NCBI GenBank assembly: GCA_951406725.2
Contig: OX597831.1
Location: 7,316,001-7,380,000, forward strand
From: Octopus vulgaris
Taxonomy: Eukaryota
DNA: 64,000 nt
Direction: 5' to 3'
In this document: piece after piece, positions 54,452-64,000 of the stretch
How positions within the stretch are numbered: the first letter of the stretch is position 1
Layout: the number at the start of each line of letters is the position of its first letter
The notes under the pieces: generated by a model
What the model saw: only the letters and a program-made list of their open reading frames with translations
Databases searched by the model: none
Told to the model about the DNA's origin: nothing
Program-made: the position numbers and the translations under genes

Positions 54452-54949
54452 GGTAAGTTAATTGTTTTTGAGAATAGGGAACCTCTTTGTGCTTGCCAAA
54501 TCTCAGAGGAAGAACTGTTGAAACGCACAATTCCATTCTAACCCTTTTGTCACCATATTTCTATTGAAATACTTTGCCTTTGTTTGAATATATTTTGAAA
54601 AAAATGAAATATTTTGTGAAAAGTCTGCTATTGTTAAACCGGTGCTTGGGACATAATTCCACCCAGAATAGAATTTATTCAGGAGGAAGATTTAAGCTAG
54701 CACCTGGTTTAACACTATTATTACTTGGTGCTTTTGGTTCCTTTGGTAGAAACCATTCCAGCATTTGGGGCCAGGTTTCCAGTTTGCGGATACCTCCCTT
54801 TCACCCTCCTTCCCACCAATCTTGGAGGCCCTATAAAGGGTCATGGCCGCTGCCTTCTCTCTTGACTAAAAGGTCCAAGGAAATAAAACAGTTTCCTGGA
54901 GGCATGCATATTTGTTAATAGGACACATACACACTCCACATTTGTGTGT

Positions 54950-54999
<50 letters not shown>

Positions 55000-55325
55000 T
55001 TGCAAACAAAATGATGTTGCATCAAAGATGTAATTCAGCCACTCAATTAATTATAGATAAAATATAAACTAATTACTTAACTGAAACCAGAGCTGTTGGT
55101 TGAAACTTGCAAAGTCAATGTCTCTGAATGGCACTGGTTAATGGCCACAAAATAAAAGAAGAACAGTTTTTGCATAAATATTTAAAGTTTTGTTAACTTT
55201 TGGATGCAATTTTAAATTCTTAACAAAATTCCATGCAGAAATAATTTTAGACAAGAAAGAAATAAAAATGAAAAATAAAAACAAAACAGTTTACATTTTT
55301 TTTTCTTTTTTTTTTCTTGTTTTAG

Positions 55326-55613
55326 GATGAAATTACAGAAAAGAAACGCAAACTGAAGATTATGAATCATCAAATTGATCAACTTAAAGAGGAAATTCAA
55401 TCAAAGGAAACAGCACTTGTTCAAGAGCAGACAGCTCGAGCCAGAGTGGAGAAAGAAAAAAGCGCTTTGAAAATTGAGCTCCAAAATATGAAGATCAAAG
55501 CAAATGAAACTGAGGCATACATCAACACTCAGGAGTCTGAAAAAATAAAACTAAAGAAGATTATCAGAGATGCAGATGTTGAACGATGCCGTCAGAAGAA
55601 GGAGTTAGATCAG
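55326..55613 (+). CDS. CFAP58: CFAP58 exon 13 (DEITEKKRKLKIMNHQIDQLKEEI...RQKKELDQ)
   Basis: ttttag| and |gtaata, 288 nt. Matches human DEITDMKRKLKIM...RQKKELDQ. Confidence 0.97.
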
Positions 55614-56044
55614 GTAATATGAAATAGATTTTTGATGTTTTTGAGAGGAAAAAAGTTGTATTATTGGTTGCAGACTTCTTTTTGACAAGATTTTGCAAAA
55701 TCAAAGGAATTTGGTATTGCTAACACTTGCAACTTCATTATTTGGTTTTTATTTTAAAAACCAAATAATGAAATATGTTAAATTAAAGTTATATGGAAGC
55801 TAACAATACAAGACTGTTAGAAAATAATTATAACTTAAAGCAGTGATGTTGTAGAGTTATGACCTTCTGCTACTCAGGGGACAATGATGAGGGGGTAAAA
55901 ACCTTAGTCACATCATCGTCTTGTTGTATATGTTTTGGAATTCCTCGAAAAAGAAGGCTCAGTTGAGCTGTTAATTGCATTAAGGGAATCTGGCTGTAAA
56001 AATAACCCTGGATGGAAAGACAAAAGGTAAAGCAAAAATCAAGT

Positions 56045-56968
56045 ATAGAGTGGGTGCAGAGAGGATGGACGTTTTTGAAAAATTCACAAAATCACAAAAT
56101 CATTGATTTTAGCTGCAAACAAATTTTATTGACATCAATGTGTTTGTATTGAATTAGCATTTGTCAATGTCAAGTGTGGAAAACAACATCCATCATGTAG
56201 TGTCTGTTTTCATTGATGCATTTCTGAAGGTGTTCTCCAAAGTTGGCCTCCACCCTCCCCAGCATTGCTCTGTCAATTTGGGCAACTTCTGTGTGAATAG
56301 CTTCTTTCAAATTGTCCAATGCACAGGATTTATGTGCATACACATGTACCTGGAGGTTTCCCCACAAGAAATAATCACACATGGACAAATCAGGGTGGCA
56401 AAGGGGCCAAGGAATGTCAGTAAACCTGGAAATGAGGCAGTCACCGAAGAGAGGGTGCAGAACGTCCTTTGATGCTCTGGCTGTGTGGGGGCCATTGCCC
56501 CACCCTGCTGAAGCCACACATGTCGAATATGCATGCGTTTTCATTGTAATTCAGGCGCAAAGAAGTTGTTTATCATCTCAATGTAACACTCAGAGTTCAC
56601 AGTAACAGCATTTCCATTATTATCTTCAAAAGAGTAAGGACCAATGATGGCAGCTTTTCCAACAGCACACCAGACCATCACTTTGGGGCTGTGCGGTGGG
56701 TCTTTCGTGCAGTTCTCTCAGATTTCCTAGAGCCCAATAATAACAGTTCTGCTGATTCACCATGCCATTGAGATGAAAACAAGCTTCATCACTCATTAAC
56801 AAAATGAGGTTGTCATTTGCCTCAAAAATTGCTTCCCTCTGACCTGTGAAGTTGAACCGCTGTACATAGTCCCATGGTTTCAACTGTTGATCATTGACCA
56901 ATTTGTATGGATGGAAATTTCAGGTCTTCATGCAAAATACGCCTTACTGACCACTTACCAATGCCAAG
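56045..56968 (-). mobile_element. Tc1/mariner-superfamily transposase remnant
   Basis: LMSDEACFHLNGMVNQQNC, WLQQGGA and PDLSMCDYFLWGNL motifs across frameshifts. Confidence 0.88.
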
Positions 56969-56969
56969 T

Positions 56970-57338
56970 TCTCTATATATATAAACAGCAAAATGTCTGC
57001 CTCTGTGTGTGTGTATCCTTTATACAAATCCAATTTTTCAGTTAGAGGGCTTGCACATTCTATGGTTATTCAAAACCATCCAAGGGTGGTCGTGCACATC
57101 TTTACACTTCCCCAGTCACCCCGCAAAGCCATTAAAAATTAATAGAAGTGACTTTTTTGTGAATTTGCTATCCAAAACCCAATCAAAATGCCCGAAACTT
57201 GATACGCCAATTGAATGCCAGCTAGCTATATGTGATTGGTCAGAGATTTGGACAGTACTCGCATGTATGTGCGCACACACGCAGCTGTATATGTATGCAC
57301 TAGCACTATGACCCGGCGTTGCCAGGTCAAAGTGCTAG
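56970..57338 (+). mobile_element. Non-autonomous Helitron
   Basis: TCTCTATATATATAAAC 5' end; hairpin GACCCGGCGTTGCCAGGTC; CTAG|T end. Confidence 0.85.
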
Positions 57339-57640
57339 TATTACCTAAATTAATTTTTATTTACCTTTGTAGAATTTTTCTATTGCATCTGCTTTAATCA
57401 TCGAATGCTTTCTGTACAATTTTCTCTAATTTTACTTATTGCCCCACAATCTTTATTTCTTTCTCTGCATCACTATGTTTTACTTACTGTAAGATATTTT
57501 GGTTTGTTGTTGTACAAGGGGACAACCACACATAAATTAATGTATTACATAACTTGCTACTCTACCCCACAAGGACACTAATCATCATTGGTTTTACTTT
57601 GGAAGACACTAAAATATCAGGTACGTTATAATTTATTCAG

Positions 57641-57864
57641 GTGATAAGTGAACGAGATATTCTTGGAACTCAGCTGGTTCGGCGAAATGATGAATTAGCA
57701 TTGTTGTTTGAGAAAATAAAAATCCAGCAGTCAACGCTGAGCAAAGGTGAGGTTCAATACGATCAACGTCTGGAAGATATACGGGTTTTGAAACTGGAAA
57801 TAAAGAAACTGAGAAGAGAGAAAATCATTCTTGAAAAATCTGTGGCCAATGTCAATGATCTCAG
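57641..57864 (+). CDS. CFAP58: CFAP58 exon 14 (VISERDILGTQLVRRNDELALLFEKIKIQQS...NVNDL); gene continues beyond the window
   Basis: attcag| and AG|gtgtgt, phase 0-2. Contains the hallmark VISERDILGxQLVRRNDELALL. Confidence 0.97.
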
Positions 57865-58383
57865 GTGTGTAATTAAAATATATCTTATGAAAATCGTTTT
57901 ATTATTATCATTATCATTGTCATTCACTGCTGTTAATTTTATATTTCTCATATTTTAACGACTCCTCTTTGAATGAGGATGAAATTACTCAGGCTCTTGT
58001 TCGATTGAAATCTAGAATGGAACTCAGTAACTGGAGCAGCATCAGTGGTAAACCCACTCAGTAACTAAACTGAGAGTTAAGTGTCTCCAGAATGTCAGAA
58101 ACATCTGAGCAAGGTAGAGAGTCTGTTTCGTTTTTGTAGGAAAATAAAAACAGAAAAAGAGGCTTCAGTGTCATAATTGGAAAGGTCCACCTGGTCTGCA
58201 GATTGGCGGAGCAACAGTAGCAGCAGCAGCAGACTCGCGGTCAGAGGATCGCTGTTTCGATTCCCAGACCGGGCAATGTGTGTGTTTATTGAGCGAAAAT
58301 ACCCTAAGAATACAAGAAGACCAAATGTTCATTATTATGATACCTTTGTTGATTTGTCTGTCACTCAGCAGCAGCAGCAGCAA

Positions 58384-58720
58384 GTGGAGGCGCAATGGCC
58401 CAATGGTTAGGGCAATGGACTCGCGGTCGGAGGATCGCGGTTTCGATTCCCAGACCGGGCGTTGTGTGTGTTTATTGAGCGAAAACACCTAAAGCTCCAT
58501 GAGGCTCCGGCAGGGGGTGGTGGCGACCCCTGTTGTACTCTTTTGCTCCAACTTTCTCTCACTCTTTCTGCCTGTTTCTTGTCCCCGACTTCCTATGCAA
58601 CCGTGGAGCCTGGATGCGCATTCATCCATCCGTCGATGCTCTCGGTGTCGGGGTTTGACCTGCTTTCTCTTCTGCGAGTCTTACAAATAGCAAAGGACCA
58701 CATTTCGGACTTCTCCCAAG
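58384..58720 (+). mobile_element. Type A SINE, 3'-truncated
   Basis: Same family head and body. Confidence 0.9.
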
Positions 58721-60455
58721 AGGATGAAGACTGCTTCACTCAAAAACAACATCATCAACAACAACAACAGCAGCAGCAGCAAGAGGAACAGCAGTAGAAC
58801 TGCTGTAACTGTGACAAAAACCACAACCTCTTCAAAGAGAACAAGGCAGTGGAGCACCACTTTGAAAAAGGAAAGTATAACAGGAAGATTGCACTTACCA
58901 CCAATGGTAGCAACCCAGCAGAAATAGCACACACACACACACACACACATGTATCCAGGGGCCTCTACCTTGCTCTCTTCGTTCCTTATCAAATGAAAAA
59001 AGAAGAAAGAGGAGGCTGAGCTATAATCAATCATTGCCATGAGGAAGAAGAGGAAGCCACCACCAATGGTTAAATTCTCATAAAAAAAACATTAGAAAGA
59101 AAACCAACAGTACACCAAAGATCCTGCAAACCCCCAAAAAGCAGCACAACCACAAATGATCTGTTACTTATCTGCTTGACTTGCTAGAATTAGTAACTAA
59201 ACCACCTTCAAATCACATCCTATTGGCTGAAAAAAAAATGGAAATGTTGGATAATATAGTCCTGGGTTCTTTTCATACAGGAATATATCTACATGGTAGT
59301 CATGGTTGGAATGCCTTTAATAATAGGTCTGCCTGGTCACACTGGGCTTGGAGTTAAATAACAACATCAATACTATAATAAAAACAATCAACAACAACAA
59401 CAACAAGATGAACACACCTCACCTCCATCATTCTCCAAAAGAAGGATTTAACTTAATTTCACCATTCGTTACTGTATATGTGGTATGATTAGACCTACCA
59501 CTAATTAGTGACTTAAGTTACAGTAAAAACTTCTTAAATCTTATTTGGACTGAAGAAGACTCATAACAAAATTTTCAAGACACTTGTAAGAATTGATCTC
59601 AAAATCCTCATCTTCTGAAGTTTCGCTTTTCACAGTGCCACCTTTTTGGCATGAGAATGATTACCATTATCATTAGATTCATGTTTTAGCTTCAAACCTT
59701 TTGAGATAATAGCCTCAAAGACAACATCTGCTATTGCTAACAATTCTTTAGGAATTTCATTATTAGCAATTCTAGAGGTAAAAGAATCAGTTTACAGACT
59801 CCAACACCTTTGCATTGACAACCTTTAACTTGATGTTTTAGCTTCTCCACCAAATGTTTTAATGTGTCTCCACCAATTTATCATCTTGTCAGAATAACTA
59901 ACTGCAAATATATTATAAAGTTGTCTAAAGGTATCGACTTAGATGCCAAAAGCTTGATGTCTTTGAATGCAGCTGAAAGTATCAACAGACACATAATTTA
60001 CTAGTATACCAGTGTTGTCAAAAATGATGGCATTTTGAAAGAAATATGCTGAAAATGGTATTTAATAAATCCATCAACACAGCATGACTTCTAAGTACTT
60101 GATAAAGACTCATATAGTAAGATTATGTAAACTTTTAATTGAAAATACTTTTAATTGGATCCAAAGAGAGTTAAATATGAGGGAAAATTATTTCCATCTT
60201 TTACTGAGACTGAAATAATATTAATTTCTTTCTTTGTTTTTTTTTTATTCTTTTATTCTTTTATTGTTTCAGTCATTTGACTGTGGCCATGCTGGAGCAC
60301 CACCTTTTTAGTTTTTTAGTCCAACAAATCAACCGCAGCACTTATTCTTTGTAAGCCTAGTACTTATTCTATTGGTCACTGTTGCTGAACCCCTAAGTTA
60401 CAGGGATGTAAACACACCAACATTGGCTGTCAGCGATGATGGGGGACTAACACAA

Positions 60456-60490
<35 letters not shown>

Positions 60491-60973
60491 CAATGGGCTT
60501 CTTTTAGTTTCTGTCTACCGAATCCACTCACAAGGCTTTGGTCAGCCCGTGGCTATAGTAGAAGACACTTGCTCAAAGTGCCATGCAGTGGACTGAACCC
60601 AGAACCATATAGTTGGTAAGCAAGCTACTTACCATAGCCATTCCTGTTGAAGATTTCTTCCACTATTACTTTATATAGTCATTGGTGAGTCTATTCCATA
60701 CAACAAAAAACACAGTGATTCACATGTATGTTAAAAGTCATTCATACTGATGAGTTATGCAGAGAAGTGCAGAGAAAGTTTCAGAGTTTGCTGTGCATAG
60801 TTGAGTTACTTTGGTCCATAGGTGGATGGCATCACCCATAAACTCCTTTCTAAATTTTCATCCCTAAAATGAATTAAACAAGTGGCCCTTTTTGTTAGTT
60901 CTATCACTGAACCATGTGATAACAAATTTATATTAACAATAAATACCAATGAATAATTTAGTGGAATAAATAT

Positions 60974-61024
<51 letters not shown>

Positions 61025-61253
61025 ATAGAAATATTAAAATTACTAAGTCTCTCTAAAAGAGAACAACGGCAGCGTTTCCGGAAAATAATAGTTATCGCCA
61101 TACTAATATGGCATTCTTATAAAAATAAGAATAAAGCTGTCCACTTATTAGCTCCATGAGGCCATCGCCTTAAGTTAGCTATTTGATACACAAACTGTAT
61201 CCATATAACCTTCGAACAAGGGAGGTCAGTCACTCCACACTACTTGACCGGCA

Positions 61254-61295
61254 GCTACAGACGCGTTTCGGGGTATTGCCCCTTTTCAATGCAGC
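61254..61295 (-). ncRNA. Minimal hammerhead variant with U3-A8 pair
   Basis: Minus strand: GCTGCA-TTGAAAA-GGGG CAATA CCCC-GAA-ACGCGT-C-TGTAGC: 6-bp stem I, 4-bp G-C stem II, ACGCGT palindrome, cleavage triplet GUC. Confidence 0.75.
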
Positions 61296-61499
61296 GTAGC
61301 CAGACCAGTAGGTGTCGCTTCTGACAATCTCTGTTTTTGCCTGTGTTAGAAACTGTTATTATGAAGGCATTGAGTGTCAGAAACAGAGGAGCAACCAATG
61401 AAATGGCTACAAATCTCCTGACTTTTGTATAAGAATCTGTATTTTAATGGCGATGATGGTTGTTGTTGTTGTTGTTGTTGTTGTTGCTGCTGCTGCTGT

Positions 61500-61876
61500 T
61501 GCTGTTGAGCAAATGGTCTTCGTCCCAGAGCTCGCAAGATGGGAGAAGTCCGAAATGTGGTCCTTTGCTATTCGTAAGACCCGCAGAAGAGAAAGCAGGT
61601 CAACCCCCGACACCGAGAGCATCGACGGATGGATGAATGCGCATCCAGACTCAGCGGTTGCGTAGGAAGTCGGGGAGGACAAGAAACAGGAAGAAAGAGT
61701 GAGAGAAATTTGGAGAGAAAGAGTACAACAAGGGTCGCCACCACCCCCAGCCGGAACCTCGTGGAGCTTTAGGTGTTTTCGCTCAATAAACACACACAAC
61801 GCCCAGTCTGGGAATCGAAACCATGATCCTCCGACTGTGAGTCCGCTGCCCTAACCATTGGGCCTTGCGCCTTCAC
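61500..61876 (-). mobile_element. Type A SINE, full length
   Basis: Same family, with a (CAA/CAG)n tail. Confidence 0.9.
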
Positions 61877-61998
61877 TTTCTGCTGCTGCTGAGTGACAGA
61901 TAAATCAACAAAGGTATCATAATCATGAACATTTTGGTCTTCTTGTATTCTTAGGGTATTGTCAAATGTGTCCTTTTTAAAGATGGTAATGGCTCATC

Positions 61999-63570
61999 TG
62001 AAGGAATGGTTTTGCTGGTTTTTGATGAGGATAAGGAAAGAAAAAGGGACAATTGCTAACATAACTACAGATCTTCCCCACCACCCTTCCCTGACTTTTG
62101 TTTCTTTATAATTTTGTATATTTTTTCAAAGAAATTTTCCAGAGAGATATTTTAGATAAAGATTATGTCAGAATTTGTTGGGAAATTGTTTTCAAAGAAA
62201 TGGAGAGGAGTTTCAATAATTCACACACCTTAATTTGTTTCTCATAACTTTCTGAAAAATGGGAAATTTTTGATAAAATTTTCTACAAATACATTTCAGA
62301 TGGATTATGATTTTGTTGGAATTAAACATGTAAAATGAATTGAAACGGAACTGGATCATTCTAACACCTTGATTTTGTTTCCTCATGCATTTGAAGGAAT
62401 GGTTTTGCTGGTTTTTGATGAGGATAAGGAAAGAAAAAGGGACGATTGCTAACATAACTACAGAGCATCCCCACCACCCTTCCCTGACTTTTGTTTCTTT
62501 ATAATTTTGTATATTTTTTCAAAGAAATTTTCCAGAGAGATATTTTAGATAAAGATTATGTCAGAATTTGTTGGGAAATTGTTTTCAAAGAAATGGAGAG
62601 GAGTTTCAATAATTCACACACCTTAATTTGTTTCTCATAACTTTCTGAAAAATGGAAAATTTTTGATAAAATTTTCTACAAATACATTTCAGATGGATTA
62701 TGATTTTGTTGGAATTAAACATGTAAAATGAATTGAAACGGAACTGGATCATTCTAACACCTTGATTTTGTTTCCTCATGCATTTGAAGGAATGGTTTTG
62801 CTGGTTTTTGATGAGGATAAGGAAAGGAAAAGGGACAATTGCTAACATAACTACAGATCTTCCCCACCACCCTTCCCTGACTTTTGTTTCTTTATAATTT
62901 TGTATATTTTTTCAAAGAAATTTTCCAGAGAGATATTTTAGATAAAGATTATGTCAGAATTTGTTGGGAAATTGTTTTCAAAGAAATGGAGAGGAGTTTC
63001 AATAATTCACACACCTTAATTTGTTTCTCATAACTTTCTGAAAAATGGGAAATTTTTGATAAAATTTTCTACAAATACATTTCAGATGGATTATGATTTT
63101 GTTGGAATTAAACATGTAAAATGAATTGAAACGGAACTGGATCATTCTAACACCTTGATTTTGTTTCCTCATGCATTTGAAGGAATGGTTTTGCTGGTTT
63201 TTGATGAGGATAAGGAAAGAAAAAGGGACAATTGCTAACATAACTACAGAGCATCCCCACCACCCTTCCCTGACTTTTGTTTCTTTATAATTTTGTATAT
63301 TTTTTCAAAGAAATTTTCCAGAGAGATATTTTAGATAAAGATTATGTCAGAATTTGTTGGGAAATTGTTTTCAAAGAAATGGAGAGGAGTTTCAATAATT
63401 CACACACCTTAATTTGTTTCTCATAACTTTCTGAAAAATGGAAAATTTTTGATAAAATTTTCTACAAATACATTTCAGATGGATTATGATTTTGTTGGAA
63501 TTAAACATGTAAAATGAATTGAAACGGAACTGGATCATTCTAACACCTTGATTTTGTTTCCTCATGCATT
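61999..63570. repeat. 4 x 393-bp tandem repeat with ABAB higher-order structure
   Basis: Units start at 61999, 62392, 62785 and 63178; diagnostic variants alternate. Confidence 0.95.
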
Positions 63571-63715
63571 TTAATGAGGTGGAGAAATTACACATACATG
63601 CACGCATATACACACACACACACATATACACACACACACCAACACACACACACACACATACACCTATTTTTTACACCCAAATCCAACATAATCATAATTT
63701 ACACCATCTGAAACA

Positions 63716-64000
63716 TCTCTCTATATATAAACGGCAAAATGTCTGTCTGTGTGTGTATCCTTTATACAAATCCACAATTATTCAGTTAGAGGGCTCACAC
63801 TTTCTATGGTCATTCAAAACTGTCCAAGGGTGGTTGTGCACATCTTTACATTTCCCCAGTCACCCCACAAAGCCATTAAAAAATCAATAGAAGTGACGTT
63901 TTGTGAATTTTCTATCCAAAACCCAATCAAAATGCCCAAAACTTGATACGCCAATTGAATGCCAGCTAGCTGTATGTGATTGGTCGGAGATTTGGACAGT
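63716..64000 (+). mobile_element. Helitron, same family as 56970, cut by the window end
   Basis: High similarity to 56970-57260 seen by eye. Confidence 0.85.

Noticed and set aside
60741-60790. CTGATGA...GAAA as a sense-strand hammerhead
   Set aside because: No stem I or stem III pairing; CTGANGA matches near 7135, 28120, 35850 and 53013 fail in the same way.
62213-63655. Four repeated 80-aa minus-strand ORFs as a gene cluster
   Set aside because: They are a by-product of the 393-bp tandem repeat and show no recognisable domain.

Overview
Repeat-rich animal genomic DNA, most likely an octopus (inferred from the tRNA-Arg-like SINEs, RTE/CR1 LINE tails and very high microsatellite load). The window is almost entirely one + strand gene, CFAP58 (CCDC147, ciliary coiled-coil protein). 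I trace 14 phase-consistent coding exons from 3346 to 57864 (about 757 codons); the 3' exons lie beyond the window. Exon 4 has lost its acceptor and first ~6 codons to an (AAT)n tract. The introns hold SINEs, RTE/CR1/R4-type LINE fragments, mariner/Tc1 remnants, MITEs, Helitrons, a Penelope (Naiad-like) GIY-YIG fragment, fold-back palindromes and two tandem arrays. The most notable hidden signal is a set of minimal type I hammerhead ribozymes with palindromic stem III, including C3-G8, U3-A8 and G3-C8 core variants. They sit mostly in small elements next to (TA)n tracts and are nearly all antisense to CFAP58. All calls were made by eye, with no database searches.
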